From the NCBI GenBank assembly GCA_964016885.1, contig CAXHJY010001426.1, forward strand, positions 117,001-181,000: 64,000 nucleotides of DNA, in the 5' to 3' direction. Source of the stretch: Eledone cirrhosa. Taxonomy: Eukaryota. The position numbers and the translations under genes were made by a program. Numbering within the stretch: position 1 is the stretch's first letter; every line of letters begins with the position of its first letter. Positions 25,041 through 39,800 of the stretch are shown here, one piece after another. Below the pieces are notes generated by a model. The model did no database searches, was not told the origin of the DNA, and saw nothing but the letters and a program-made list of their open reading frames with translations.

Positions 25041-28000
25041 AATTTGTAAAAAAAAATCAGGGGGAGATAATTTGTAAAAAAAATCAAGGGGAGATAATTT
25101 CCAGCCGTCCAAGGGGAGGTAATATCTAGCCGTCCAAGGGGAGATAATTTCCAGCCGTCCAAGGGGAGGTAATATCTAGCCGTCCAAGGGGAGATAATTT
25201 CCAGCCGTCCAAGGGGAGATAATTTCCAGCCGTCGCAGGGGAGATAATTTCCAGCCGTCCAAGGAGACATATTTTCCAGCAGTCCAAGGAGAGGTAATTT
25301 CTAACCGTCCAAGGGGAGATAAATTCCAGCCTCCAAGGGGAGATAATTTCCAGCCAGCCAAGGGGAGATAATTTGTAAAAAAATCAGGGGGAGATAATTT
25401 GTAAAAAAAAATCAGGGGGAGATAATTTGTAAAAAATAATCAGGGGGAGATAATTTGTAAAAAAATCAAGGGGAGATAATTTCCAGCCGTCCAAGGGGAG
25501 ATAATTTTCAGCCGTCCAAGGGGAGATAATTTCCCGCCAGCCAAGGGAAGATAATATTTAAAAAAATTAGGCGGAGATAATTTGTAAAAAAAATCGGGGG
25601 GAGATAATTTGTAAAAAAATCAGGGGGAGATAATTTGTAAAAAAAATCAGGGGGAAATAATTTGTAAAAAAAATCAGGGGGAGATAATTTGTAAAAAAAA
25701 ATCAGGGGTAGATAATTTGTAAAAAAAAATCAGGGGGAGATAATTTGTAAAAAAAAATCAGGGAGAGATAATTTGTAAAAAAAATCAGGGGGAGATAATT
25801 TGTAAAAAAAAATCAGGGGTAGATAATTTGTAAAAAAAAATCAGGGGGAGATAATTTGTAAAAAAAAATCAGGGGGAGATAATTTGTAAAAAAAATCAAG
25901 GGGAGATAATTTCCAGCCGTCCAAGGGGAGGTAATATCTAGCCGTCCAAGGGGAGATAATTTCCAGCCGTCCAAGGGGAGATAATTTCCAGCCGTCCAAG
26001 GGTAGATAATATCCAGCCGTCCAAGGACATATTTTCCAGCCGTCCAAGGAGAGGTAATTTCTAGCCGTCCAAGGGGAGATAAATTCCAGCCTCCAAGGGG
26101 AGATAATTTCCAGCCAGCTAAGGGGAGATAATTTGTAAAAAAATCAAGGGGAGATAATTTGTAAAAAAAAATCAGGGGGAGATAATTTGTAAAAAAAAAT
26201 CAGGGGGAGATAATTTGTAAAAAAAAATCAGGGGGAGATAATTTGTAAAAAAAAATCAGGGGGAGATAATTTGTAAAAAAAATCAAGGGGAGATAATTTC
26301 CAGCCGTCCAAGGGGAGATAATTTTCAGCCGTCCAAGGGGAGATAATTTCCCGCCAGCCAAGAGAAGATAATATTTAAAAAAATCAGGCGGAGATAATTT
26401 GTAAAAAAAATCAGGGGGAGATAATTTGTAAAAAAATCAGGGGGAGATAATTTGTAAAAAAAAAATCAGGGGGAGATAATTTGTAAAAAAAATCAAGGGG
26501 AGATAATTTCCAGCCGTCCAAGGGGAGGTAATATCTAGCCGTCCAAGGGGAGATAATTTCCAGCCGTCCAAGGGGAGATAATTTCCACCCGTCCAAGGGT
26601 AGATAATATCCAGCCGTCCAAGGAGAAATATTTTCCAGCCGTCCAAGGCGAGGTAATTTCTAGCCGTCCAAGGGGAGATAAATTCCAGCCTCCAAGGGGA
26701 GATAATTTCCAGCCAGCCAAGGGGAGATAATTTGTAAAAAAATCAGAGGGAGATAATTTGTAAAAAAAATCAGGGGCAGATAATTTGTAAAAAAAAATCA
26801 GGGGGAGATAATTTGTAAAAAAAAATCAGGGGGAGATAATTTGTAAAAAAAAATCAGGGGGAGATAATTTGTAAAAAAAATCAAGGGGAGATAATTTCCA
26901 GCCGTCCAAGGGGAGATAATTTTCAGCCGTCCAAGGGGAGATAATTTCCCGCCAGCCAAGGGAAGATAATATTTAAAAAAATCAGGCGGAGATAATTTAT
27001 AAAAAAAATCAGGGGGAGATAATTTGTAAAAAAATCAGGGGGAGATAATTTGTAAAAAAAAAATCAGGGGGAGATAATTTGTAAAAAAAATCAGGGGGAG
27101 ATAATTTGTAAAAAAATCAAGGGGAGATAATTTCCAGCCGTCCAAGGGGAGATAATTTTTTAAAAAATCAGGTGGAGATAATTTGTAAAAAAAATCAGGG
27201 GGAGATAATTTGTAAAAACAAAATCAAGGGCAGATAATTTCCAGCTGTCCAAGGGGAGGTAATTTCCAGCCGTCCAAGGGGATATAATTTCCAGCCGTCC
27301 AAGGGGAGATAATTTCCCGCCAGCCAAGGGAAGATAATTTTTAAAAAAATCAGGCGGAGATTGTAAAAAAAATCAGGGGGGAGATAATTTGTAAAAAAAT
27401 CAGGGGGAAATAATTTGTAAAAAAAAATCAGGGGGAGATAATTTGTAAAAAAAATCAGGGGGAGATAATTTGTAAAAAAAAATCAGGGGGAGATAATTTG
27501 TAAAAAAAATTAGGCGTAGATAATTTGTAAAAAAAAATCAGGGGGAGATAATTTGTAAAAAAAAATCAGGGGGAGATAATTTGTTAAAAAATCAAGGGGA
27601 GATAATTTGCAGCCGTCCAAGGGGAGATAATTTTCAGCCGTCCAAGGAGAGGTAATTTCTAGCCGTCCAAGGGGAGATAATTTCCAGCCGTCCAAGGGGA
27701 GATAATTTCCAGCCGTTCAAGGGGAGATAATTTTTAAAAAAAAATCAGGCGGAGATAATTTATAAAAAAAAATCAGGGGGAGATAATTCGTAAAAAAAAA
27801 TCAGGGGGAGATAATTTGTAAAAAAAATCAGGGGGAGATAATTTGTAAAAAAAAATCGGGGAGATAATTTGTAAAAAAAAATCAAGGGGAGATAATTTTC
27901 AGCCGTCCAAGGGGAGATAATTTCCCGCCAGCCAAGGGAAGATAATATTTAAAAAAATTAGGCGGAGATAATTTGTAAAAAAAATCAGGGGGAGATAATT

Positions 28001-29649
28001 TGTAAAAAAATCAGGGGGAGATAATTTCCAGCCGTCCAAGGGGAGGTAATATCTAGCCGTCCAAGGGGAGATAATTTCCAGCCGTCCAAGGGGAGATAAT
28101 TTCCAGCCGTCCAAGGGTAGATAATATCCAGCCGTCCAAGGAGACATATTTTCCAGCCGTCCAAGGAGAGGTAATTTCTAGCCGTCCAAGGGGAGATAAA
28201 TTCCAGCCTCCAAGGGGAGATAATTTCCAGCCAGCCAAGGGGAGATAATTTGTAAAAAAATCAGGGGGAGATAATTTGTAAAAAAAATCAGGGTGAGATA
28301 ATTTGTAAAAAAAAATCAGGGGGAGATAATTTGTAAAAAAAAATCAGGGGGAGATAATTTGTAAAAAAAAATCAGGGGTAGATAATTTGTAAAAAAAATC
28401 AAGGGGAGATAATTTCCAGCCGTCCAAGGGGAGATAATTTTCAGCCGTCCAAGGGGAGATAATTTCCCGCCAGCCAAGGGAAGATAATATTTAAAAAAAT
28501 CAGGCGGAGATAATTTGTAAAAAAAATCGGGGGAGATAATTTGTAAAAAAATCAGGGGGAGATAATTTGTAAAAAAAAATCAGGGGGAGATAATTTGTAA
28601 AAAAAATCAGGGGGAGATAATTTGTAAAAAAATCAAGGGGAGATAATTTCCAGCCGTCCAAGGGAAGATAATTTTTTTAAAAATCAGGTGGAGATAATTT
28701 GTAAAAAAAATCAGGGGTAGATAATTTGTAAAAACAAAATCAAGGGCAGATAATTTCCAGCTGTCCAAGGGGAGATAATTTCCAGCCGTCCAAGGGGAGA
28801 TAATTTCCAGCCGTCCAAGGGGAGATAATTTCCATCCTTCCAAGGGGATATAATTTCCAGCCGTCCAAGGGGAGATAATTTCCCGCCAGCCAAGGGAAGA
28901 TAATTTTTAAAAAAATCAGGCGGAGATTGTAAAAAAAATCAGGGTGGATATAATTTGTAAAAAAATCAGGGGGAAATAATTTGTAAAAAAAAATCAGGGG
29001 GAGATAATTTGTAAAAAAATCAGGGGGAGATAATTTGTAAAAAAAAATCAGGGGGAGATAATTAGTAAAAAAAATTAGGCGTAGATAATTTGTAAAAAAA
29101 AATCAGGGGGAGATAATTTGTAAAAAAAAATCAGGGGGAGATAATTTGTTAAAAAATCAAGGGGAGATAATTTGCAGCCGTCCAAGGGGAGATAATTTTC
29201 AGCCGTCCAAGGAGAGGTAATTTCTAGCCGTCCAAGGGGAGATAATTTCCAGCCGTCCAAGGGGAGATAATTTCCAGCCGTTCAAGGGGAGATAATTTTT
29301 AAAAAAAAATCAGGCGGAGATAATTTGTAAAAAAAAATCAGGGGGAGATAATTCGTAAAAAAAAATCAGGGGGAGATAATTTGTAAAAAAAAATCAGGGG
29401 GAGATAAATTGTAAAAAAAATCAAGGGGAGATAATTTCCAGCCGTCCAAGGGGAGGTAATATCTAGCCGTCCAAGGGGAGATAATTTCCAGCCGTCCAAG
29501 GGGAGATAATTTCCAGCCGTCCAAGGGGAGATAATTTCCAGCCGTCCAAGGAGACATATTTTCCAGCCGTCCAAGGCGAGGTAATTTCTAGCCGTCCAAG
29601 GGGAGATAAATTCCAGCCTCCAAGCGGAGATAATTTCCAGCCAGCCAAG

Positions 29650-30495
29650 GGGAGATAATTTGTAAAAAAATCAGGGGGAGATAATTTGTAAAAAATATCA
29701 GGGGGAGATAATTTGTAAAAAAAATCAGGGGGAGATAATTTGTAAAAAAAAATTAGGGGGAGATAATTTGTAAAAAAAATCAGGGGGAGATAATTTGTAA
29801 AAAAAATCAAGGGGAGATAATTTCCAGCCGTCCAAGGGGAGATAATTTTCAGCTGTCCAAGGAGAGGTAATTTCTAGTCGTCCGAGGAGAGATAATTTCC
29901 AGCCGTCCAAGGGGAGATAATTTCCAGCCGTCCAAGGGGAGATAATTTCCAGCCGTCCAAGGAGACATATTTTCCAGCAGTCCAAGGAGAGGTAATTTCT
30001 AACCGTCCAAGGGGAGATAAATTCCAGCCTCCAAGGGGAGATAATTTGTAAAAAAATCAGGGGGAGATAATTTGTAAAAAATATCAGGGGGAGATAATTT
30101 GTAAAAAAAATCAGGGGGAGATAATTTGTAAAAAAAAATTAGGGGGAGATAATTTGTAAAAAAAATCAGGGGGAGATAATTTGTAAAAAAAATCAAGGGG
30201 AGATAATTTCCAGCCGTCCAAGGGGAGGTAATATCTAGCCGTCCAAGGGGAGATAATTTCCAGCCGTCCAAGGGGAGATAATTTTCAGCTGTCCAAGGAG
30301 AGGTAATTTCTAGTCGTCCGAGGAGAGATAATTTCCAGCCGTCCAAGGGGAGATAATTTCCAGCCGTCCAAGGGGAGATAATTTCCAGCCGTCCAAGGAG
30401 ACATATTTTCCAGCAGTCCAAGGAGAGGTAATTTCTAACCATCCAAGGGGAGATAAATTCCAGCCTCCAAGGGGAGATAATTTCCAGCCAGCCAA
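29650..30495 (+). repeat. Short local duplication, period ~386 bp (second copy has extra monomers)
   Basis: The B string A7 / AAAAAATATC / A8 / AATTAGG followed by M2 occurs at ~29651 and again at ~30037. Confidence 0.8.
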
Positions 30496-30834
30496 GGGGA
30501 GATAATTTGTAAAAAAAATCAGAGGGAGATAATTTGTAAAAAAAAATCAGGGGGAGATAATTTGTAAAAAATAATCAGGGGGAGATAATTTGTAAAAAAA
30601 TCAAGGGGAGATAATTTCCAGCCGTCCAAGGGGAGATAATTTTCAGCCGTCCAAGGGGAGATAATTTCCCGCCAGCCAAGGGAAGATAATATTTAAAAAA
30701 ATTAGGCGGATATAATTTGTAAAAAAAATCGGGGGGAGATAATTTGTAAAAAAATCAGGGGGAGATAATTTGTAAAAAAAATCAGGGGGAGATAATTTGT
30801 AAAAAAAAATCAGGGGGAGATAATTTGTAAAAAA

Positions 30835-33800
30835 AATCAAGGGGAGATAATTTCCAGCCGTCCAAGGGGAGGTAATATCTAGCCGTCCAAGGGGAGATAA
30901 TTTCCAGCCGTCCAAGGGGAGATAATTTCCAGCCGTCCAAGGAGACATATTTTCCAGCCGTCCAAGGCCAGGTAATTTCTAGCCGTCCAAGGGGAGATAA
31001 ATTCCAGCCTCCAAGGGGAGATAATTTCCAGCCAGCCAAGGGGAGATAATTTGTAAAAAAATCAGGGGGAGATAATTTGTAAAAAATATCAGGGGCAGAT
31101 AATTTGTAAAAAAAATCAGGGGGAGATAATTTGTAAAATAAAATCAGGGGGAGATAATTTGTAAAAAAAATCAAGGGGAGATAATTTCCAGCCGTCCAAG
31201 GGGAGATAATTTTCAGCTGTCCAAGGAGAGGTAATTTCTAGTCGTCCGAGGAGAGATAATTTCCAGCCGTCCAAGGGGAGATAATTTCCAGCCGTCCCAG
31301 GGGAGATAATTTCCAGCCGTCCAAGGAGACATATTTTCCAGCAGTCCAAGGAGAGGTAATTTCTAACCGTCCAAGGGGAGATAAATTCCAGCCTCCAAGG
31401 GGAGATAATTTCCAGCCACCCAAGGGGAGATAATTTGTAAAAAAATCAGGGGGAGATAATTTGTAAAAAAAAATCAGGGGGAGATAATTTGTAAAAAATA
31501 ATCAGGGGGAGATAATTTGTAAAAAAATCAAGGGGAGATAATTTCCAGCCGTCCAAGGGGAGATAATTTTCAGCCGTCCAAGGGGAGATAATTTCCCGCC
31601 AGCCAAGGGAAGATAATATTTAAAAAAATTAGGCGGAGATAATTTGTAAAAAAAATCGGGGGGAGATAATTTGTAAAAAAATCAGGGGGAGATAATTTGT
31701 AAAAAAAATCAGGGGGAAATAATTTGTAAAAAAAATCAGGGGGAGATAATTTGTAAAAAAAAATCAGGGGTAGATAATTTGTAAAAAAAAATCAGGGGGA
31801 GATAATTTGTAAAAAAAAATCAGGGAGAGATAATTTGTAAAAAAAATCAGGGGGAGATAATTTGTAAAAAAAAATCAGGGGTAGATAATTTGTAAAAAAA
31901 AATCAGGGGGAGATAATTTGTAAAAAAAAATCAGGGGGAGATAATTTGTAAAAAAAATCAAGGGGAGATAATTTCCAGCCGTCCAAGGGGAGGTAATATC
32001 TAGCCGTCCAAGGGGAGATAATTTCCAGCCGTCCAAGGGGAGATAATTTCCAGCCGTCCAAGGGTAGATAATATCCAGCCGTCCAAGGACATATTTTCCA
32101 GCCGTCCAAGGAGAGGTAATTTCTAGCCGTCCAAGGGGAGATAAATTCCAGCCTCCAAGGGGAGATAATTTCCAGCCAGCTAAGGGGAGATAATTTGTAA
32201 AAAAATCAGGGGGAGATAATTTGTAAAAAAAAATCAGGGGGAGATAATTTGTAAAAAAAAATCAGGGGGAGATAATTTGTAAAAAAAAATCAGGGGGAGA
32301 TAATTTGTAAAAAAAAATCAGGGGGAGATAATTTGTAAAAAAAATCAAGGGGAGATAATTTCCAGCCGCCCAAGGGGAGATAATTTTCAGCCGTCCAAGG
32401 GGAGATAATTTCCCGCCAGCCAAGAGAAGATAATATTTAAAAAAATCAGGCGGAGATAATTTGTAAAAAAAATCAGGGGGAGATAATTTGTAAAAAAATC
32501 AGGGGGAGATAATTTGTAAAAAAAAAATCAGGGGGAGATAATTTGTAAAAAAATCAAGGGGAGATAATTTCCAGCCGTCCAAGGGGAGGTAATATCTAGC
32601 CGTCCAAGGGGAGATAATTTCCAGCCGTCTAAGGGGAGATAATTTCCACCCGTCCAAGGGTAGATAATATCCAGCCGTCCAAGGAGAAATATTTTCCAGC
32701 CGTCCAAGGAGAGGTAATTTCTAGCCGTCCAAGGGGAGATAAATTCCAGCCTCCAAGGGGAGATAATTTCCAGCCAGCCAAGGGGAGATAATTTGTAAAA
32801 AAATCAGGGGGAGATAATTTGTAAAAAAAATCAGGGGCAGATAATTTGTAAAAAAAAATCAGGGGGAGATAATTTGTAAAAAAAAATCAGGGGGAGATAA
32901 TTTGTAAAAAAAATCAGGGGGAGATAATTTCCAGCCGTCCAAGGGGAGATAATTTTCAGCCGTCCAAGGGGAGATAATTTCCCGCCAGCCAAGGGAAGAT
33001 AATATTTAAAAAAATCAGGCGGAGATAATTTGTAAAAAAAATCAGGGGGAGATAATTTGTAAAAAAATCAGGGGGAGATAATTTGTAACAAAAAATCAGG
33101 GGGAGATAATTTGTAAAAAAAATCAGGGGGAGATAATTTGTAAAAAAATCAAGGGGAGATAATTTTCAGCCGTCCAAGGGGAGATAATTTTTGAAAAAAT
33201 CAGGTGGAGATAATTTGTAAAAAAAATCAGGGGGAGATAATTTGTAAAAACAAAATCAAGGGCAGATAATTTCCAGCTGTCCAAGGGGAGATAATTTCCA
33301 GCCGTCCAAGGGGAGATAATTTCCAGCCGTCCAAGGGGAGATAATTTCCATCCTTCCAAGGGGATATAATTTCCAGCCGTCCAAGGGGAGATAATTTCCC
33401 GCCAGCCAAGGGAAGATAATTTTTAAAAAAATCAGGCGGAGATTGTAAAAAAAATCAGGGGGAGATAATTTGTAAAAAAATCAGGGGGAGATAATTTAAA
33501 AAAAAAAATCAGGGGGAGATAATTTGTAAAAAAAAATCAGGGGGAGATAATTTGTTAAAAAATCAAGGGGAGATAATTTGCAGCCGTCCAAGGGGAGATA
33601 ATTTTCAGCCGTCCAAGGAGAGGTAATTTCTAGCCGTCCAAGGGGAGATAATTTCCAGCCGTCCAAGGGGAGATAATTTCCAGCCGTTCAAGGGGAGATA
33701 ATTTTTTTTAAAAAATCAGGCGGAGATAATTTGTAAAAAAAAATCGGGGGGAGATAATTCGTAAAAAAAAATCAGGGGGAGATAATTTGTAAAAAAAAAT

Positions 33801-36800
33801 CAGGGGGAGATAATTTGTAAAAAAAATCAAGGGGAGATAATTTCCAGCCGTCCAAGGGGAGGTAATATCTAGCCGTCCAAGGGGAGATAATTTCCAGCCG
33901 TCCAAGGGGAGGTAATATCTAGCCGTCCAAGGGGAGATAATTTCCAGCCGTCCAAGGGGAGATAATTTCCAGCCGTCCAAGGGGAGATAATTTCCAGCCG
34001 TCCAAGGAGACATATTTTCCAGCCGTCCAAGGCGAGGTAATTTCTAGCCGTCTAAGGGGAGATAAATTCCAGCCTCCAAGGGGAGATAATTTCCAGCCAG
34101 CCAAGGGGAGATAATTTGTAAAAAAATCAGGGGGAGATAATTTGTAAAAAATATCAGGGGGAGATAATTTGTAAAAAAAAATCAGGGGGAGATAATTTGT
34201 AAAAAAAAATCAGGGGGAGATAATTTGTAAAAAAAAATCAGGGGGAGATAATTTGTAAAAAAAATCAAGTGGAGATAATTTCCAGCCGTCCAAGGGGAGA
34301 TAATTTTCAGCTGTCCAAGGAGAGGTAATTTCTAGCCGTCCGAGGAGAGATAATTTCCAGCCGTCCAAGGGGAGATAATTTCCAGCCGTCCAAGGGGCGA
34401 TAATTTCCAGCCGTCCAAGGAGACATATTTTCCAGCCGTCCAAGGAGAGGTAATTTCTAACCGTCCAAGGGGAGATAAATTCCAGCCTCCAAGGGGAGAT
34501 AATTTCCAGCCAGCCAAGGGGAGATAATTTGTAAAAAAATCAGGGGGAGATAATTTGTAAAAAAAATCAGGGGGAGATAATTTGTAAAAAAAAATCAGGG
34601 GGAGATAATTTGTAAAAAATAATCAGGGGGAGATAATTTGTAAAAAAATCAAGGGGAGATAATTTCCAGCCGTCCAAGGAGAGATAATTTTCAGCCGTCC
34701 AAGGGGAGATAATTTCCCGCCAGCCAAGGGAAGATAATATTTAAAAAAATTAGGCGGAGATAATTTGTAAAAAAAATCACGGGGAGATAATTTGTAAAAA
34801 AATCAGGGGGAGATAATTTGTAAACAAAATCAGGGGGAGATAATTTGTAAAAAAAATCAGGGGGAGATAATTTGTAAAAAAAATCAGGGGTAGATAATTT
34901 GTAAAAAAAAATCAGGGGGAGATAATTTGTAAAAAAAAATCAGGGGGAGATAATTTGTAAAAAAAATCAGGGAGAGCTAATTTGTAAAAAAAAATCAGGG
35001 GTAGATAATTTGTAAAAAAAAATCAGGGGGAGATAATTTGTAAAAAAAAATCAGGGGGAGATAATTTGTAAAAAAAAATCAGGGGGAGATAATTTGTAAA
35101 AAAAATCAAGGGGAGATAATTTCCAGCCGTCCAAGGGGAGGTAATATCTAGCCGTCCAAGGGGAGATAATTTCCAGCCGTCCAAGGGGAGATAATTTCCA
35201 GCCGTCCAAGGGTAGATAATATCCAGCCGTCCAAGGACATATTTTCCAGCCGTCCAAGGAGAGGTAATTTCTAGCCGTCCAAGGGGAGATAAATTCCAGC
35301 CTCCAAGGGGAGATAATTTCCAGCCAGCCAAGGGGAGATAATTTGTAAAAAAATCAGGGGGAGATAATTTGTAAAAAAAATCAGGGGGAGATAATTTGTA
35401 AAAAAAAATCAGGGGGAGATAATTTGTAAAAAAAATCAAGGGGAGATAATTTCCAGCCGTCCAAGGGGAGATAATTTTCAGCCGTCCAAGGGGAGATAAT
35501 TTCCCGCCAGCCAAGGGAAGATAATATTTAAAAAAATTAGGCGGAGATAATTTGTAAAAAAAATCAGGGGGAGATAATTTGTAAAAAAATCAGGGGGAGA
35601 TAATTTGTAAAAAAATCAAGGGGAGATAATTTCCAGCCGTCCAAGGGGAGGTAATATCTAGCCGTCCAAGGGGAGATAATTTCCAGCCGTCCAAGGGGAG
35701 ATAATTTCCAGCCGTCCAAGGAGACATATTTTCCAGCCGTCCAAGGCCAGGTAATTTCTAGCCGTCCAAGGGGAGATAAATTCCAGCCTCCAAGGGGAGA
35801 TAATTTCCAGCCAGCCAAGGGGAGATAATTTGTAAAAAAATCAGGGGGAGATAATTTGTAAAAAATATCAGGGGCAGATAATTTGTAAAAAAAATCAGGG
35901 GGAGATAATTTGTAAAATAAAATCAGGGGGAGATAATTTGTAAAAAAAATCAAGGGGAGATAATTTCCAGCCGTCCAAGGGGAGATAATTTTCAGCTGTC
36001 CAAGGAGAGGTAATTTCTAGTCGTCCGAGGAGAGATAATTTCCAGCCGTCCAAGGGGAGATAATTTCCAGCCGTCCCAGGGGAGATAATTTCCAGCCGTC
36101 CAAGGAGACATATTTTCCAGCAGTCCAAGGAGAGGTAATTTCTAACCGTCCAAGGGGAGATAAATTCCAGCCTCCAAGGGGAGATAATTTCCAGCCACCC
36201 AAGGGGAGATAATTTGTAAAAAAATCAGGGGGAGATAATTTGTAAAAAAAAATCAGGGGGAGATAATTTGTAAAAAATAATCAGGGGGAGATAATTTGTA
36301 AAAAAATCAAGGGGAGATAATTTCCAGCCGTCCAAGGGGAGATAATTTTCAGCCGTCCAAGGGGAGATAATTTCCCGCCAGCCAAGGGAAGATAATATTT
36401 AAAAAAATTAGGCGGAGATAATTTGTAAAAAAAATCGGGGGGAGATAATTTGTAAAAAAATCAGGGGGAGATAATTTGTAAAAAAAATCAGGGGGAAATA
36501 ATTTGTAAAAAAAATCAGGGGGAGATAATTTGTAAAAAAAAATCAGGGGTAGATAATTTGTAAAAAAAAATCAGGGGGAGATAATTTGTAAAAAAAAATC
36601 AGGGAGAGATAATTTGTAAAAAAAATCAGGGGGAGATAATTTGTAAAAAAAAATCAGGGGTAGATAATTTGTAAAAAAAAATCAGGGGGAGATAATTTGT
36701 AAAAAAAAATCAGGGGGAGATAATTTGTAAAAAAAATCAAGGGGAGATAATTTCCAGCCGTCCAAGGGGAGGTAATATCTAGCCGTCCAAGGGGAGATAA

Positions 36801-39800
36801 TTTCCAGCCGTCCAAGGGGAGATAATTTCCAGCCGTCCAAGGGTAGATAATATCCAGCCGTCCAAGGACATATTTTCCAGCCGTCCAAGGAGAGGTAATT
36901 TCTAGCCGTCCAAGGGGAGATAAATTCCAGCCTCCAAGGGGAGATAATTTCCAGCCAGCTAAGGGGAGATAATTTGTAAAAAAATCAGGGGGAGATAATT
37001 TGTAAAAAAAAATCAGGGGGAGATAATTTGTAAAAAAAAATCAGGGGGAGATAATTTGTAAAAAAAAATCAGGGGGAGATAATTTGTAAAAAAAAATCAG
37101 GGGGAGATAATTTGTAAAAAAAATCAAGGGGAGATAATTTCCAGCCGCCCAAGGGGAGATAATTTTCAGCCGTCCAAGGGGAGATAATTTCCCGCCAGCC
37201 AAGAGAAGATAATATTTAAAAAAATCAGGCGGAGATAATTTGTAAAAAAAATCAGGGGGAGATAATTTGTAAAAAAATCAGGGGGAGATAATTTGTAAAA
37301 AAAAAATCAGGGGGAGATAATTTGTAAAAAAATCAAGGGGAGATAATTTCCAGCCGTCCAAGGGGAGGTAATATCTAGCCGTCCAAGGGGAGATAATTTC
37401 CAGCCGTCTAAGGGGAGATAATTTCCACCCGTCCAAGGGTAGATAATATCCAGCCGTCCAAGGAGAAATATTTTCCAGCCGTCCAAGGAGAGGTAATTTC
37501 TAGCCGTCCAAGGGGAGATAAATTCCAGCCTCCAAGGGGAGATAATTTCCAGCCAGCCAAGGGGAGATAATTTGTAAAAAAATCAGGGGGAGATAATTTG
37601 TAAAAAAAATCAGGGGCAGATAATTTGTAAAAAAAAATCAGGGGGAGATAATTTGTAAAAAAAAATCAGGGGGAGATAATTTGTAAAAAAAATCAGGGGG
37701 AGATAATTTCCAGCCGTCCAAGGGGAGATAATTTTCAGCCGTCCAAGGGGAGATAATTTCCCGCCAGCCAAGGGAAGATAATATTTAAAAAAATCAGGCG
37801 GAGATAATTTGTAAAAAAAATCAGGGGGAGATAATTTGTAAAAAAATCAGGGGGAGATAATTTGTAACAAAAAATCAGGGGGAGATAATTTGTAAAAAAA
37901 ATCAGGGGGAGATAATTTGTAAAAAAATCAAGGGGAGATAATTTTCAGCCGTCCAAGGGGAGATAATTTTTGAAAAAATCAGGTGGAGATAATTTGTAAA
38001 AAAAATCAGGGGGAGATAATTTGTAAAAACAAAATCAAGGGCAGATAATTTCCAGCTGTCCAAGGGGAGATAATTTCCAGCCGTCCAAGGGGAGATAATT
38101 TCCAGCCGTCCAAGGGGAGATAATTTCCATCCTTCCAAGGGGATATAATTTCCAGCCGTCCAAGGGGAGATAATTTCCCGCCAGCCAAGGGAAGATAATT
38201 TTTAAAAAAATCAGGCGGAGATTGTAAAAAAAATCAGGGGGAGATAATTTGTAAAAAAATCAGGGGGAGATAATTTAAAAAAAAAAATCAGGGGGAGATA
38301 ATTTGTAAAAAAAAATCAGGGGGAGATAATTTGTTAAAAAATCAAGGGGAGATAATTTGCAGCCGTCCAAGGGGAGATAATTTTCAGCCGTCCAAGGAGA
38401 GGTAATTTCTAGCCGTCCAAGGGGAGATAATTTCCAGCCGTCCAAGGGGAGATAATTTCCAGCCGTTCAAGGGGAGATAATTTTTTTTAAAAAATCAGGC
38501 GGAGATAATTTGTAAAAAAAAATCGGGGGGAGATAATTCGTAAAAAAAAATCAGGGGGAGATAATTTGTAAAAAAAAATCAGGGGGAGATAATTTGTAAA
38601 AAAAATCAAGGGGAGATAATTTCCAGCCGTCCAAGGGGAGGTAATATCTAGCCGTCCAAGGGGAGATAATTTCCAGCCGTCCAAGGGGAGGTAATATCTA
38701 GCCGTCCAAGGGGAGATAATTTCCAGCCGTCCAAGGGGAGATAATTTCCAGCCGTCCAAGGGGAGATAATTTCCAGCCGTCCAAGGAGACATATTTTCCA
38801 GCCGTCCAAGGCGAGGTAATTTCTAGCCGTCTAAGGGGAGATAAATTCCAGCCTCCAAGGGGAGATAATTTCCAGCCAGCCAAGGGGAGATAATTTGTAA
38901 AAAAATCAGGGGGAGATAATTTGTAAAAAATATCAGGGGGAGATAATTTGTAAAAAAAAATCAGGGGGAGATAATTTGTAAAAAAAAATCAGGGGGAGAT
39001 AATTTGTAAAAAAAAATCAGGGGGAGATAATTTGTAAAAAAAATCAAGTGGAGATAATTTCCAGCCGTCCAAGGGGAGATAATTTTCAGCTGTCCAAGGA
39101 GAGGTAATTTCTAGCCGTCCGAGGAGAGATAATTTCCAGCCGTCCAAGGGGAGATAATTTCCAGCCGTCCAAGGGGCGATAATTTCCAGCCGTCCAAGGA
39201 GACATATTTTCCAGCCGTCCAAGGAGAGGTAATTTCTAACCGTCCAAGGGGAGATAAATTCCAGCCTCCAAGGGGAGATAATTTCCAGCCAGCCAAGGGG
39301 AGATAATTTGTAAAAAAATCAGGGGGAGATAATTTGTAAAAAAAATCAGGGGGAGATAATTTGTAAAAAAAAATCAGGGGGAGATAATTTGTAAAAAATA
39401 ATCAGGGGGAGATAATTTGTAAAAAAATCAAGGGGAGATAATTTCCAGCCGTCCAAGGAGAGATAATTTTCAGCCGTCCAAGGGGAGATAATTTCCCGCC
39501 AGCCAAGGGAAGATAATATTTAAAAAAATTAGGCGGAGATAATTTGTAAAAAAAATCACGGGGAGATAATTTGTAAAAAAATCAGGGGGAGATAATTTGT
39601 AAACAAAATCAGGGGGAGATAATTTGTAAAAAAAATCAGGGGGAGATAATTTGTAAAAAAAATCAGGGGTAGATAATTTGTAAAAAAAAATCAGGGGGAG
39701 ATAATTTGTAAAAAAAAATCAGGGGGAGATAATTTGTAAAAAAAATCAGGGAGAGCTAATTTGTAAAAAAAAATCAGGGGTAGATAATTTGTAAAAAAAA

